Source: a bacterium (GTDB lineage: Bacteria; Patescibacteriota; Saccharimonadia; CAILAD01; GCA-016700035). Taken from it: a stretch of 64,000 bases of DNA. The translations under genes were made by a program, and so were the position numbers. Below the pieces are notes generated by a model that was given only the letters and a program-made list of their open reading frames with translations, made no database searches and had not been told where the DNA came from. Where the stretch lies: assembly GCA_016700035.1 (NCBI GenBank), contig CP064998.1, positions 526,790-590,789 on the forward strand, written 5' to 3'. Each line of letters opens with the position of its first letter. Within the stretch, counting starts at the first letter, position 1. Shown one piece after another: positions 8,976-19,918 of this stretch.

Positions 8976-11081
8976 CTATTCAGCCTGACTGGCTGATTTC
9001 TTGCCGATTAGCTCCTCAGCAATATTGCGCGGAACTTCCGCATAATGATCAAATTCCATCGAATAGCTAGCTCGACCTTGAGTCATCGAACGCAAAGTTG
9101 TGGCATAACCAAACATTTCGGAAAGTGGTACAAAACCATCAATTATCTTTGCCCCTGAGCGATCTTCCATTTTATCAATCCGACCGCGCTTGGAGTTAAT
9201 ATCACCCACCACATCACCCATAAATTCTTCTGGAGTGGTGACTTCTACCTTCATAACTGGCTCTAAAATAACCGGATCAGCTTTTCGTACACCCTCCTGT
9301 AAGGCCATCGATCCAGCAATCTTGAAGGCCATTTCTGATGAGTCAACTTCATGATATGAGCCATCATAGAGCTTAGCTTTTACGTCAACTACCGGATAGC
9401 CGGCAAGAACACCATTACCCATGGCCTCTTTAATACCTTCATCAACCGGCTTGATATATTCACGAGGTACGACACCACCAACAATAGCGTTTTCGAATTC
9501 ATAAGTTGGCTTATCCCCCTCAATGTCTTCGGCATGCACAAGTGGGCCAACTTCGAGCCAAACATGACCATATTGACCTCGACCACCAGATTGACGGACA
9601 AATTTTCCTTCCACCTGGACAGTTTTACGCACGGTTTCGCGATAGGCAACTTGCGGACGACCAACATTAGCCTCCACCTTAAATTCGCGCTTCATACGAT
9701 CCACCAGTACTTCTAGATGTAACTCACCCATACCCGAGATGAGGGTCTGACCAGCTTCATTGTCGGAGCTAACCCTGAAAGTTGGGTCTTCTTCAGCAAG
9801 ACGTGATAAAGCCAGCGACATTTTCTCTTGGTCGGCCTTGGTTTTTGGCTCCACAGCAATCTGAATAACTGGTTCTGGGAAAGTAATTTGCTCCAAAATG
9901 ACACCGTTCCCGACTTCACACAAAGTATGGCCTGTCATAGTGTTTTTTAAACCAACCGCAGCGGCAATTTCCCCGGCGTACACTTCCTGCACCTCTTCAC
10001 GCTGATTAGCATGCATACGCAAGATTCGCCCAATTCGCTCCTTCTCGCCGGTTGAACTATTTAGTACGTACGAACCGCTCTTCAGGGTTCCAGCATAAAC
10101 ACGGAAGAAGCACAGCTTACCTACAAATGGATCGGTAGCAATCTTAAAAGCCAAGCCCACAAAGGGAGCCTCATCGGTAACCGAAAGCACCTCTTGTTCA
10201 CCGGTCTTAACGTTGTCGGCCAGAGGAGCCGCAATATCTAAGGGATTTGGCAGATAATCTACCACGATATCCAAAAGCTTCTCAACCACGACACCGCGGC
10301 CATCACCACCAGATACGATAAAAAACTCACCAGTTAGTACACTCTTACGAATGCAGGCTTTAATCTCATCTGTAGTTAGCTCGGTGCCTTCAAGATACTT
10401 TTCCATTATTGCATCATCAGCTTCTACAGCAGCCTCTATGAGGTGCTGACGATAACGCTCAGCTTTCTCACGCATATCTTCAGGAATATCACCCTCAATC
10501 AACTCCTTATCCTTATATTCTGTATAGGTGTAGGCCTTCATAGCAATTAAATCAACAATGCCGTTAATTGACTGCTCTTCACCGATTGGCAAGTGGATTG
10601 GATAAGCTCGGCGTGTTAGGCGCTCATGGATGGACTCTAAGCTTTTATAAAAATCTCCACCAGTCTGATTGATCTTATTAATAAAGCAGATGCGTGGTAC
10701 ACCATACTTGTTAGCCTGGCGCCATACGGTCTCAGACTGAGGCTCCACGCCCATCTTGCCGTCAAAAATAGTGACTGCCCCGTCTAGTACGCGCAAACTA
10801 CGCTCCACCTCTACGGTAAAATCGATATGTCCAGGCGTATCAATAATATTGATGCGCTTACCATTCCAAAAACAGGTGGTAGCCGCCGAAGTAATAGTGA
10901 TTCCACGCTCCCGCTCCTGCTCCATCCAGTCCATTGTTGCCTCACCCTCATGAACCTCACCAATTTTGTGAGTTCGACCAGTGCGATACAAAATACCTTC
11001 GGTTGTGGTGGTCTTACCGGCATCAATGTGCGCAATAATACCAATGTTACGTGTGTTATCTAGAGAATATTCTCGAGCCAT
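8976..11081 (-). CDS. fusA: elongation factor G
   Basis: [12 protein letters not shown] and DTPGHIDF motifs. 701 aa. EF-G domain order. Confidence 0.95.
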   Translation of the reverse strand: MAREYSLDNTRNIGIIAHIDAGKTTTTEGILYRTGRTHKIGEVHEGEATMDWMEQERERGITITSAATTCFWNGKRINIIDTPGHIDFTVEVERSLRVLDGAVTIFDGKMGVEPQSETVWRQANKYGVPRICFINKINQTGGDFYKSLESIHERLTRRAYPIHLPIGEEQSINGIVDLIAMKAYTYTEYKDKELIEGDIPEDMREKAERYRQHLIEAAVEADDAIMEKYLEGTELTTDEIKACIRKSVLTGEFFIVSGGDGRGVVVEKLLDIVVDYLPNPLDIAAPLADNVKTGEQEVLSVTDEAPFVGLAFKIATDPFVGKLCFFRVYAGTLKSGSYVLNSSTGEKERIGRILRMHANQREEVQEVYAGEIAAAVGLKNTMTGHTLCEVGNGVILEQITFPEPVIQIAVEPKTKADQEKMSLALSRLAEEDPTFRVSSDNEAGQTLISGMGELHLEVLVDRMKREFKVEANVGRPQVAYRETVRKTVQVEGKFVRQSGGRGQYGHVWLEVGPLVHAEDIEGDKPTYEFENAIVGGVVPREYIKPVDEGIKEAMGNGVLAGYPVVDVKAKLYDGSYHEVDSSEMAFKIAGSMALQEGVRKADPVILEPVMKVEVTTPEEFMGDVVGDINSKRGRIDKMEDRSGAKIIDGFVPLSEMFGYATTLRSMTQGRASYSMEFDHYAEVPRNIAEELIGKKSASQAE

Positions 11082-11127
11082 AAAAATCCTTATCTTATTC
11101 CTATTAGTGGTAATGAGTAGCCCAAAC

Positions 11128-11150
11128 GAAAAAAATAGCGCCTGGCGCGT
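11128..11150 (-). terminator. candidate intrinsic terminator after ABC-F gene
   Basis: On the minus strand, a GCGC-cag-GCGC short GC stem is followed by UAUUUUUUU. Confidence 0.4.
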
Positions 11151-11190
11151 ATCGGATAAATCTTACCATAATCTAGGCGCCTTAAGCAAA

Positions 11191-12849
11191 CTAAGCTGAT
11201 CCAACAAATATCTCTTCTCCACCAATATTCTTTGTAAAAAAACTATCATGGGAGATATATATGATTGCCCCCTCGTAGCGCCTGAGGGCATTTTCTAACT
11301 CTTCAATCGAAGGCAAATCAAGATGGTTAGTGGGTTCATCAAGAATTAAGACATTTGGCCGGCGGGCAAATAAGGCAATCAGTTGAATGCGAGCTTTCTG
11401 ACCACCCGAGAGCTGGTCAACTAAGATGACGCCGTCTTGTCGTTCAAATAAATATTCCCGTAAGGCTCTAGTGATCGCCTCATCATTAACCGGTCGACCG
11501 CTCTGCGAGTAAATATCTGCCACCGCCTCGGCTAGTGTCATGGTAAGATAGCGCCCATCAATCTCTTGCTCGTAACACCCCAGCACAAGCGAGGAAGAAT
11601 AATCAATACTACCGGCAAACACCTTAGAAGTTAAGCTTCCACCTTCTGCTGTTGCTGTCATGGCATCTACTAAGGTTGTCTTACCTGCACCATTACGGCC
11701 CACAATATGAACCCTCTCACCAGCCCGCAACTCAAAACTAAGGTTACTAAATAACGGTTTTGCATAACCCAAAGAGAGCTCGTCAATGCGGATTAGGTCA
11801 GCTGCATTACCAGCAACTACTTCACGAGCTCCACGCAGGTTAATCGATTTAGCTTTATACTTTTCATACTGCTGAGTTTGCGATCGCTTCAGTGACTGAG
11901 CTGACTCTTGATCAATCCAGATAGTTGGCTTAGATATCCGCTCTTCCAGCTCGGCAATTTCTCGCTCTAGCCGACGCACCAACGGAATAAAGGGGTTGGG
12001 ACTTTGCTTAGTACGAACTTTCTTTAGCTCAGCTTGCTTCAATGCCTCACGGCGATTTTCTAAGGTCTTTATATTAACTTCATATTGATGCATGGCGCTG
12101 GCTGAAACTAGTGTATTTTGCTTCAGATAAGACTCATAATTACCCGAAAAGCTTTGCAATTTTTGATCTTTAAGCTCTATCATTCGATCCGCACAAGCTA
12201 GCACATCACGATCATGCGAGATAACCAACACAGCTGAGCGAACCTCACGTAGCCAAGCCGTAAAACTCTCTTTGGCCACATAGTCCATATGGTTGGTTGG
12301 TTCATCCAGAATTAAGAGATCGGCGTTGGAATATTCAATCTGAACCAGTTGGGCGAATCGCTTTTGTCCACCCGAAAGATCACTAAAACTTCCTAAAATT
12401 TGCTCTTTTGATAGCTGATAAGCTTTGAGCGACTCAACCACCTGATCTTTAACATGATAGTAGCCCAGCTCATCGTAACGCTCCAGAGCATTGGTATATT
12501 CCTCAATCAGACCCATATCATCACCCATCGTAGCTGGATATGTCTCAATTATATGTGTCAAATGGTCGTATTCACGCAGACCATGTAAAACATACTCCAC
12601 CACCGACATCGATTCATCAATATCATGCTGCTCCTGCTCGGTGGTCAGTATCTCAACCCCCTTACGCAGCCGCACTGTACCAACATAATCGCTGTCAACT
12701 CCAGAGATAATTCGTGCTAGTGAAGTTTTACCGACACCGTTTCGACCAATAAAACCAATTACCTCGCCGGCCTGGATTTGCAATTCGGTATTACGTAAAA
12801 GCACTTTTGCGCCAGCCTGTTTTTCATCAATCTTTGCCTCTAATAACAT
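11191..12849 (-). CDS. ABC-F family ATPase (EttA/Uup-like, two ABC domains, no TM domain)
   Basis: Two Walker A sites (GRNGVGKTS, GRNGAGKTT) and two signature motifs (LSGGQKRFAQL, LSGGQKARIQL). An inter-domain linker is present. 552 aa. Confidence 0.85.
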   Translation of the reverse strand: MLLEAKIDEKQAGAKVLLRNTELQIQAGEVIGFIGRNGVGKTSLARIISGVDSDYVGTVRLRKGVEILTTEQEQHDIDESMSVVEYVLHGLREYDHLTHIIETYPATMGDDMGLIEEYTNALERYDELGYYHVKDQVVESLKAYQLSKEQILGSFSDLSGGQKRFAQLVQIEYSNADLLILDEPTNHMDYVAKESFTAWLREVRSAVLVISHDRDVLACADRMIELKDQKLQSFSGNYESYLKQNTLVSASAMHQYEVNIKTLENRREALKQAELKKVRTKQSPNPFIPLVRRLEREIAELEERISKPTIWIDQESAQSLKRSQTQQYEKYKAKSINLRGAREVVAGNAADLIRIDELSLGYAKPLFSNLSFELRAGERVHIVGRNGAGKTTLVDAMTATAEGGSLTSKVFAGSIDYSSSLVLGCYEQEIDGRYLTMTLAEAVADIYSQSGRPVNDEAITRALREYLFERQDGVILVDQLSGGQKARIQLIALFARRPNVLILDEPTNHLDLPSIEELENALRRYEGAIIYISHDSFFTKNIGGEEIFVGSA

Positions 12850-12883
12850 AGTTTTTCCAGTATACCCACTGCCAATCCGTTAA

Positions 12884-12919
12884 GCAAAAAGAGCGGCTAG
12901 GATTATTGTCCTAACCGCT
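12884..12919 (-). terminator. intrinsic terminator after small Cys/His-rich gene, upstream of ABC-F promoter
   Basis: On the minus strand, AGCGGUUAGGA-caauaa-UCCUAGCCGCU (11-bp stem, one mismatch) is followed by CUUUUUGCUU. Confidence 0.6.
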
Positions 12920-12931
12920 TCTCGGCGTCGC

Positions 12932-13228
12932 CTACCGCTTTCGACGACGCAATTGACCAGCATCAGCAACACCATGTGGCTTGCCCGCTTGGGTGTAGCA
13001 CTCGGCGTGATAATGCTCAACTCGATTCCAAGTCTTCTGCACATAAACATTACAGATGACTTGGTTAGCTCGATGTTTGGCCTGAAATTTTACCCGCTCA
13101 TCACAGTGTGAGCAAACAGCCTGAGTACCAGGTTCAATATTTCGAAGAACTGCTCGAGACCTGGTTGGTGGTGGCTTCTCAAGCGTACTAACTGTCAAGC
13201 TCATAGCTCCCATTCTAGTCTCCTTCAC
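12932..13228 (-). CDS. small Cys/His-rich hypothetical protein (probable true start ATG at 13213 with AAGGAG SD; about 93 aa)
   Basis: It contains the C/H pattern CSHCDERVKF...HYHAEC. A strong AAGGAG SD precedes the internal ATG. GC is elevated. Confidence 0.5.
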   Translation of the reverse strand: MKETRMGAMSLTVSTLEKPPPTRSRAVLRNIEPGTQAVCSHCDERVKFQAKHRANQVICNVYVQKTWNRVEHYHAECYTQAGKPHGVADAGQLRRRKR

Positions 13229-13274
13229 TGGTTCGAATGGAATAAGGGCCCATTTGACTCAACCCGCTTCAAAA

Positions 13275-13640
13275 TTAACCCCGTCGACTCACCCAAAGAT
13301 CAGCTATGATCCCGCCAAATGGCGAGAGCGTCATGCCACCAGATGAAAGTCTACTCGACTTACTAATAACTGTGTGGTAGCCAACCTCCAGCCAACCCGG
13401 CGTGTAGTCCAGGCAATTCACCTCTAGGCTGTGCCCCAGAAGCCAAACACTCGGCCCGATCACTGGCTGATTATCAACTACAAGAATCTCGACATTCGGC
13501 TGATCACCGCAAGCTACCACTCGCAACTTCGACACCAACAACGAACCACGCCTCACTACTTTGGTGGCTATAGAAGGCCTGACGCCAATGTGAATGACCG
13601 AGTCTTGATCTACTTGCTCTAAGTCTAATCGCTTAGACAT
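13275..13640 (-). CDS. hypothetical protein, 121 aa
   Basis: A near-consensus promoter (TTGACA-17-TATAAA at 13680-13708, minus strand) and a GGAG SD 6 nt before the ATG. No recognisable motif. Confidence 0.55.
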   Translation of the reverse strand: MSKRLDLEQVDQDSVIHIGVRPSIATKVVRRGSLLVSKLRVVACGDQPNVEILVVDNQPVIGPSVWLLGHSLEVNCLDYTPGWLEVGYHTVISKSSRLSSGGMTLSPFGGIIADLWVSRRG

Positions 13641-13679
13641 GTTGCTCCATTTTGTTTGAGGTGCAGATAAGGTGTAAAA

Positions 13680-13708
13680 TTTATACTACATTATATGTAA
13701 TATGTCAA
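13680..13708 (-). promoter_or_regulatory. sigma70-like promoter for ORF 13275-13640
   Basis: On the minus strand, TTGACA-17 nt-TATAAA. A GGAG SD 6 nt before the ATG. Confidence 0.5.
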
Positions 13709-14494
13709 TCAATTATAATCTAGCTCTACGAAAAAACGATTCTCAGGTAAGTCTTCTAGTAGTCTCATGATGTCTGGCATACTTTTCAGATATTGATCGT
13801 TACCCCAATCGGGCGCTAGATCGCTCCAAAATATCTCACCCGCCATATGATTGCCATGGAGCTTATCAGTCTGGGCTGTCCCGCGAAACAGATGAAAAAA
13901 TATTTCGCTCACCGGTGCACCGTTTTCCTCAATGGTCACATAGCCGTCACCAACATGCTTCAGCTCACTCTTGAGCCCTGTTTTTTCAAAAAGCTCACGG
14001 TGAGTAGCTTCGTGAATGGTTTCGCCCAGATGCAGTTTGCCGTAGGGTAAGCCTACCTGGCCCAAAAGCGGCTGCACCTTGCGACGCATAAGAAGCCAGC
14101 GCCCCAGTCGATCTCGTACGGCTAGCAATATGACGATCTTTGGCTGCAAACGAGGCTTTAATGATTCAGGCGAGAGCGTATCGACGTAACGCTTACCGTC
14201 GGCCGTGAGAGAGTACTGCTTATCTGCAGCCTGCTCAACGTACCCCTCCTGCATAAGCGCCTTTAGATGGTAGGCGAAGAGATTACTCTCCACCCCAGCC
14301 GGCTTAATATCTCGATAGCGCAGTGAATCGCCACGCATCAGATTGCGCAGAATCGCTCTTTGAATGTGATGCATCATGTCTTCAAGTATACCATGACTCA
14401 AATATTGTTGAGTCAAAAAGTCTGGCCTAGCTAGAGAGCCATACATGCGAGATAGTGAAAGTGTCCTAAAGCACCTTACATGAAGGAAGTGCAT
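13709..14494 (-). CDS. winged-HTH + Nudix hydrolase fusion protein (start uncertain; likely the MMHH.. Met pair at about 14377)
   Basis: The Nudix box GKLHLGETIHEATHRELFEKTGL is present. An N-terminal wHTH-like segment reads IQRAILRNLMRGDSLRYRDIKP...NLFAYHLKALMQEGYV. Confidence 0.65.
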   Translation of the reverse strand: MHFLHVRCFRTLSLSRMYGSLARPDFLTQQYLSHGILEDMMHHIQRAILRNLMRGDSLRYRDIKPAGVESNLFAYHLKALMQEGYVEQAADKQYSLTADGKRYVDTLSPESLKPRLQPKIVILLAVRDRLGRWLLMRRKVQPLLGQVGLPYGKLHLGETIHEATHRELFEKTGLKSELKHVGDGYVTIEENGAPVSEIFFHLFRGTAQTDKLHGNHMAGEIFWSDLAPDWGNDQYLKSMPDIMRLLEDLPENRFFVELDYN

Positions 14495-15010
14495 GAGATG
14501 CCGGAAATAACGCCAGATGACCTAACCGCTCTACTCACTCTCCACGCTGAAAGGCAAACTGAGTACGCCGAAGCCGAAGCTGCGCACCACCAAGCCGAGT
14601 CGGCGTTCAAAAAAGCCCGAGGTGCACGCTACGCAGTCCTCGAGAACTATCGGGAAGCCCGACGCTGCTACATCCAAGAGTACCTGGAACGCTACGAAAA
14701 AGTACTGTGCGCCTACTGCAAGCAGCTGCGTCGACTCGATCGCATGCGCAGCTCTCGAGAGTTTGGCTTCTACTGGGACTCCGATTGCCGCTACAATCGT
14801 TGGCGCACCCCGTATGACAATCGTTTTGCCATCTGCGAGCGCTGCATCCCAACTCAAACGTATACCGTCAGCGAGGAGGATGGCTACAGGGTTGGGGTTG
14901 AGCTGGTGGAATTCGACCGCAAAGCCTACACGAGGCAGCTTACCTATGGCAATGAGAACCTCGAGCTCGTTGCAAAAGCACTGAGCATCCCATTTCCCCC
15001 TCTTAACTAG
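14480..15010 (+). CDS. Cys-rich hypothetical protein (probable start ATG 14498 after AAGGAAG SD; about 170 aa)
   Basis: It has the spacing CAYC...C...CERC, suggestive of a zinc ribbon. GC is roughly 55% by eye. An intrinsic terminator follows at 15011-15057. Confidence 0.55.
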   Translation: MKEVHEMPEITPDDLTALLTLHAERQTEYAEAEAAHHQAESAFKKARGARYAVLENYREARRCYIQEYLERYEKVLCAYCKQLRRLDRMRSSREFGFYWDSDCRYNRWRTPYDNRFAICERCIPTQTYTVSEEDGYRVGVELVEFDRKAYTRQLTYGNENLELVAKALSIPFPPLN

Positions 15011-15057
15011 CCCCTTGAACGAGAAAGTCCCTCGCTTGAGGGGTTTTCTTTATTTAT
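15011..15057 (+). terminator. intrinsic terminator after Cys-rich + strand gene
   Basis: A GC-rich imperfect hairpin CCCCUUGAACGAG...CUCGCUUGAGGGG is followed by UUUUCUUUAUUUAUU. Confidence 0.55.
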
Positions 15058-15104
15058 TCAGGGTAGCAGAGGTGTATTCTGAGTGATGCTCACGCAGGAC
15101 GAAC

Positions 15105-15156
15105 CAAAAAATCTTCCCGAGGTGTACTAGAACGTACAATGAGGGAAGATTTTTTG
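15105..15156 (-). terminator. rpsG terminator: perfect 14-bp inverted repeat with 24-nt loop
   Basis: CAAAAAATCTTCCC...GGGAAGATTTTTTG. Stem plus U-run on either strand. 38 nt downstream of the rpsG stop. Confidence 0.65.
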
Positions 15157-15193
15157 CAAGGACACCCGTGAGCGCACTTCAGAATGTGCCGAG

Positions 15194-15670
15194 TTAGTAC
15201 CGGGCGAAGTGAGCAAATGCCTTATTGGCTTCAGCCATCTGGTGAGTGTCGGCCTTCTTCTTAATCGCATCGCCTTGATTGTTATAGGCGTCCAAGAGTT
15301 CATTTGCTAAGCGCTTATCAAAGCTCTTACCTTCTTTAGCACGAGCAGCATCTAAAATCCAAATCATTGCATAGTGAATCCGGCGATCTGGCTTTACTTC
15401 CATTGGGACCTGGTAGTTAGCTCCACCTACACGGCGAGAGCGCACCTGTACATGCGGGCTGGCATTTTTAATGGCGCCCTCAAAAATCTCCATCGCGTCG
15501 GCCTTACCCTTAGTAGACGCCTCAGTCAGAGCATCATAGACGAGGTTTTCTGCTAGACGCTTCTTGCCACTTTTCATCACCTTATTAATCATACGGGTAA
15601 CTAGTACCGAGTTGTACTGCATATCTGGAGCGAGTTCGCGCTTTAAGGATTTAGTCTTTTTACGTGGCAT
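15194..15670 (-). CDS. rpsG: 30S ribosomal protein S7
   Basis: MPRKKTKSLKRELAPD... is S7-like. 158 aa. It follows rpsL. Confidence 0.92.
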   Translation of the reverse strand: MPRKKTKSLKRELAPDMQYNSVLVTRMINKVMKSGKKRLAENLVYDALTEASTKGKADAMEIFEGAIKNASPHVQVRSRRVGGANYQVPMEVKPDRRIHYAMIWILDAARAKEGKSFDKRLANELLDAYNNQGDAIKKKADTHQMAEANKAFAHFARY

Positions 15671-15672
15671 GT

Positions 15673-16095
15673 CTATTCTCCTTTTGCTTTCTCAAGCTTG
15701 GCTCCATACTTAGATCGAGCTTGCTTGCGATTTGCCGTACCGGCAGTATCAAATGCGCCACGCACCACATGATAACGCACACCCGGAAGATCTTTTACAC
15801 GACCACCGCGCACTAGCACAACTGAGTGCTCTTGCAGGTTATGGCCAATTCCGCCGATGTAGGCGGTTACTTCCATACCATTAGTAAGGCGCACACGGGC
15901 AACCTTACGAAGAGCTGAGTTAGGCTTCTTGGGCGTTTGAGTAAACACCTTAGTGCACACCCCGCGCTTTAAAGGTGCGTCCAACGGACGGACGCGACCT
16001 TTTAAAGCGTTTAGACTACGGCTAAGAGCCGGCGACTTACTTTTGCGCTGAACTTTTGCTCGTGGCTTGCGAATGAGTTGGTTAATCGTTGGCAT
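15673..16095 (-). CDS. rpsL: 30S ribosomal protein S12
   Basis: [12 protein letters not shown]...[10 protein letters not shown] is a canonical S12 sequence. Confidence 0.95.
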   Translation of the reverse strand: MPTINQLIRKPRAKVQRKSKSPALSRSLNALKGRVRPLDAPLKRGVCTKVFTQTPKKPNSALRKVARVRLTNGMEVTAYIGGIGHNLQEHSVVLVRGGRVKDLPGVRYHVVRGAFDTAGTANRKQARSKYGAKLEKAKGE

Positions 16096-16118
16096 AAAAC
16101 TTCACTATCCTAACAGAT

Positions 16119-19100
16119 TTAATCTAGCTGGTCAACAGATTCGTCATCATCTGAGCGAAATCCGGTACCAACAGGGATCAGTCGACCAATGATCACATTC
16201 TCTTTCAAACCGCGCAACTTATCGGTTTTCCCGCGCAAAGCAGCACCAATCAGTACTTTCATAGTCTCCTGGAAGGAAGCAGCTGAAAGCCAGCTATCCG
16301 AAGAAATAGAAATCTTCGAGATCGGCATTAAGAGCTGCTCATACGTAGCTGGGGTCTTCTTAACCTCCTCAGCGCTACGATTTGCTTCCCAAAGCGCTGT
16401 CTTAGATACCACATCACCAGTAATAAACTCAGTGTCGTTAGGCTCTTCGATACGCACTCGGCTAAACATCTGGCGAATAATCACCTCGATATGTTTAGAG
16501 GCAATGGTCTGACCCTGCGATGCATAGATAGCCTGCACTTCATCAACGATGTAGCGCTCAACTGCTTCAGAACCCAACAGCCTGAGCATATCTTGCAGAT
16601 TTACCGATCCTTCAGATAGTCTCTGCCCAACCGTCACCAGATCGCCATTTTTTACCTTAAGGCTGACGTAGTCTGGCAGGGTGTATTCCTTGATATTGCC
16701 ACCCTCGTGAGTCAGCTCAATCTTGGCCTTACCAACTTTTATGGTTCCATCGGCACCTGCCTTCACAGTGCGCTTACCGGTCTCATTTTTTGCCAGTACA
16801 TCACCCTTAGCTACAGTGTCACCAGTTTTAACGGTCGGCTTCATGCCCTCTTTGAGCTCGTACGGAGTTATCTTTAAGTCAGCTGGAGCAATGCGCAGCA
16901 CCTGCTTACCTTGGGTAGCTTTTAGTGTCACAACTCCATCAACTTCGGCAAGGATTGCCTCACCACGTGGGTTACGAGCTTCAAAAATTTCTTCAACACG
17001 AGGAAGACCCTGCGTAATATCGGCAGCCGAAGCCACACCACCAGCGTGGAAAGTACGCATAGTGAGCTGAGTACCTGGCTCACCAATAGATTGAGCAGCC
17101 ATAATACCAACTGCTTCACCAGTCTCAACCAATGCTCCACGAGCTAAGTCAATGCCGTAACAGTGCTTACAAATTCCCCAAGTTAAGCTACATTTCAAAA
17201 TCGAGCGAATCGTAACGGTCTCAATGCCAGCCTCAGCAATCTCACGTGCTGCTTGGTCTGTGACTAGCTCACCAGCTTTCACTAGTACGCGACGACCGTC
17301 CTTCACATCAGCCGCAACATAACGGCCTACAATCCAAGGGGCCAAACTATCCTGTCCAGCAGCCTGAGCCTCTGAGAGGTGAACCTTATATCCCTCTTTA
17401 TCGCCACAATCATCGGCTGAAATCATCACATCCTGCGCCACATCAACCAGACGACGAGTGAGGTAGCCTGACTCTGCAGTCTTCAACGCCGTATCAGTGA
17501 GTCCCTTACGAGCACCGTGCGAGGCGATGAAATACTCCAAAATTGACAGACCTTCTTTATAGTTACTCTTTACCGGAAGCTCAATTGTTCCACCAGTTGA
17601 GTTGAGCACCAAGCCCTTCATACCGGCCATCTGGTTAGCTTGACCAACTGTTGCGCGAGCACCACTTTCAATGTCCATCGCTAGAGTGGAACTATTTGGG
17701 TTGAGTTCAGTCGTTAGCTCAGCTTCAATCTGCTCACCAACCTCTTTCCAGGTCTCAACCGTACGCTCCTTACGCTCTTCGTTGGTAATCAAGCCCTGCT
17801 GATACTGAGAGGTAATCATCTGAGTACGCTTTTCAGCATCATCTAGCAGCTGAGCTTTCTTCTTTGGTGTCTGCAAGTCATCCATGCCCAATGAGAAGCC
17901 CGATTCAGTTGCATACTGATAGCCGATGGCCTTAATCCGGTCAGCTACCTGGGCCGTCTCATCACCACCAAAGCCAGTAAAGATTTTAGCTAACACTCCC
18001 TTGAGCTTAGACTTTGTCATAGCATCATTCTGGAACGACATACCCTCTGGCAGAACATCATTGAAGAGAATACGCCCAACTGAGGTCTCCAAAACTTCAT
18101 CCTGAATTTTCACCCGAACTTTAGCTCGCAAATGAATCGCATCTTGCTGGTAAGCCATAATCGCCTCTTCGGCTGAAGAGAAAGCCTTCCCTTCACCAGT
18201 TGCACCATCGTCAAAGCTGGTCATATAGAAACAACCGAGTACAATTTCGTGCGATGGATTGACAATTGGCTCACCTGATGCTGGCTTTAAGAGGTTCCGG
18301 CTAGCCAGCATGATCTCGCGCGCTTCTTTCTGGGCCGCATCTGAGAGCGGTACGTGTACCGCCATCTGATCACCATCAAAGTCGGCATTAAAAGCGGCAC
18401 ATACTAATGGATGAAGCTGAATTGCCTTACCTTCAATCAAGACTGGCTTAAAGGCTTGAATTGAAAGTCGGTGCAAGGTCGGCGCACGGTTAAGTAACAC
18501 ATACTTGCCAGTAATCACCTCTTCTAAAGTATCCCACACTTCCGTACGAGCACGCTCAATCATACGGGCGGCACTTTTTACATTGTGAGCATACTCTTTC
18601 TCAATCAGTCTAGAAATTACAAAAGGCTTGAAGAGTTCTAGAGCCATCATCTTTGGCAGACCACACTCATCAAGTTTAAGATGTGGCCCCACTACGATTA
18701 CTGAACGACCTGAGTAATCTACACGCTTACCTAAGAGGTTCTGACGGAAACGTCCCTGCTTACCCTTGAGAAGGTCGGTTAAGCTCTTGAGCTTCTTACG
18801 CGATCCACCAACAGCCGTAACAGCTCGCTCTCGACGAGCATTGTTGTCAATTAAGGCATCAACTGCCTCTTGGAGCATACGCTTTTCATTGCGACAAATC
18901 ACTTCTGGAGCGGCCAGGTCATAGAGTTTTTTCAGACGATTATTACGGTTAATTACACGGCGATAGAGATCGTTTAGGTCGGAAGCTGCAAAACGACCAC
19001 CATCAAGCTGGACCATTGGGCGCAAATCTGGTGGAATAACCGGCAATTCAGAAATCACCATCCACTCCGGCTTCAGACCAGCCTGCTGCATTCCTTCAAC

Positions 19101-19916
19101 TGCCTTCAGGCGCTTGAGTGCCTTACGCTTACGCTGACCAGCAGTAGTGGCAGCTTCTTCACGCAATTCTTCAGCTAGCTTATCCAGCTCAACCTCTTCT
19201 AGCAAGGCCCGAATTGCTTCGGCCCCAATCCCAGCCTTAAAGACATTACCGTACTTAATATTGAGTTCGCGATAAGTACCTTCAGGCAAAAGCTGGTTCT
19301 TGGCTAGAGACTCTAGCTCATTTTTAGCTGTCAAATAGTTGGTTTCTAGGTCAGCCAAATCTTTTGCTGCTTCTTCTGTAAGATTAGACTCATCTTCGAC
19401 TTCATGCTTGGTGATCAGCTCCTTGCGACGCCCCTGATAATCGGTGTTAAGATCGGCTAGAGCTTTCTCACGCGCCTCATCATCAACCGACTGCACGATA
19501 AAATTGGCAAAATAAGTCACTCGCTCCAAATCACGCACACTCATGTTAAGCAGGGTGCCAATCGAGCTAGGTGTACCACGTAAGAACCAAATATGGCTTA
19601 CCGGTACAGCTAAGTGAATATGGCCCATGCGCTCGCGTCGTACGATTGAGCGAGTAACGAGAACACCACATTTATCACAGACAATGCCCTTGTAGCGAAT
19701 CCCCTTATACTTACCACAATAACACTGCCAATCTTTAGTTGGTCCAAAGATTTTTTCGCAGAATAGGCCGTCTTTTTCCGGCTTCTGAGTTCGGTAGTTA
19801 ATTGTTTCTGGCTTGGTAACTTCACCGTGACTCCAGTCCAAGATATGATCCGGACTAGCTAGAGCCAACTTAATTGAAGTAAAGTCGATAGTTGGTTGGT
19901 TTAAGTCGTGTTGCAT
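16119..19916 (-). CDS. rpoC: DNA-directed RNA polymerase subunit beta-prime
   Basis: The catalytic NADFDGD motif and zinc-binding Cys clusters are present. 1265 aa. Confidence 0.95.
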   Translation of the reverse strand: MQHDLNQPTIDFTSIKLALASPDHILDWSHGEVTKPETINYRTQKPEKDGLFCEKIFGPTKDWQCYCGKYKGIRYKGIVCDKCGVLVTRSIVRRERMGHIHLAVPVSHIWFLRGTPSSIGTLLNMSVRDLERVTYFANFIVQSVDDEAREKALADLNTDYQGRRKELITKHEVEDESNLTEEAAKDLADLETNYLTAKNELESLAKNQLLPEGTYRELNIKYGNVFKAGIGAEAIRALLEEVELDKLAEELREEAATTAGQRKRKALKRLKAVEGMQQAGLKPEWMVISELPVIPPDLRPMVQLDGGRFAASDLNDLYRRVINRNNRLKKLYDLAAPEVICRNEKRMLQEAVDALIDNNARRERAVTAVGGSRKKLKSLTDLLKGKQGRFRQNLLGKRVDYSGRSVIVVGPHLKLDECGLPKMMALELFKPFVISRLIEKEYAHNVKSAARMIERARTEVWDTLEEVITGKYVLLNRAPTLHRLSIQAFKPVLIEGKAIQLHPLVCAAFNADFDGDQMAVHVPLSDAAQKEAREIMLASRNLLKPASGEPIVNPSHEIVLGCFYMTSFDDGATGEGKAFSSAEEAIMAYQQDAIHLRAKVRVKIQDEVLETSVGRILFNDVLPEGMSFQNDAMTKSKLKGVLAKIFTGFGGDETAQVADRIKAIGYQYATESGFSLGMDDLQTPKKKAQLLDDAEKRTQMITSQYQQGLITNEERKERTVETWKEVGEQIEAELTTELNPNSSTLAMDIESGARATVGQANQMAGMKGLVLNSTGGTIELPVKSNYKEGLSILEYFIASHGARKGLTDTALKTAESGYLTRRLVDVAQDVMISADDCGDKEGYKVHLSEAQAAGQDSLAPWIVGRYVAADVKDGRRVLVKAGELVTDQAAREIAEAGIETVTIRSILKCSLTWGICKHCYGIDLARGALVETGEAVGIMAAQSIGEPGTQLTMRTFHAGGVASAADITQGLPRVEEIFEARNPRGEAILAEVDGVVTLKATQGKQVLRIAPADLKITPYELKEGMKPTVKTGDTVAKGDVLAKNETGKRTVKAGADGTIKVGKAKIELTHEGGNIKEYTLPDYVSLKVKNGDLVTVGQRLSEGSVNLQDMLRLLGSEAVERYIVDEVQAIYASQGQTIASKHIEVIIRQMFSRVRIEEPNDTEFITGDVVSKTALWEANRSAEEVKKTPATYEQLLMPISKISISSDSWLSAASFQETMKVLIGAALRGKTDKLRGLKENVIIGRLIPVGTGFRSDDDESVDQLD

Positions 19917-19918
19917 GA

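Noticed and set aside
11191-12849. Calling the ABC-F gene an antibiotic-resistance (ARE) determinant
   Set aside because: No regulatory leader peptide or attenuator is present, since the -10 abuts the ATG. Subfamily cannot be assigned by eye, and a housekeeping EttA/Uup-like role is equally likely.
12932-15010. Mobile element / integron / prophage fragment annotation for the GC-rich cassette
   Set aside because: No integrase, transposase, recombinase or terminal inverted/direct repeats could be found flanking it. It is reported only as a compositionally distinct insertion.
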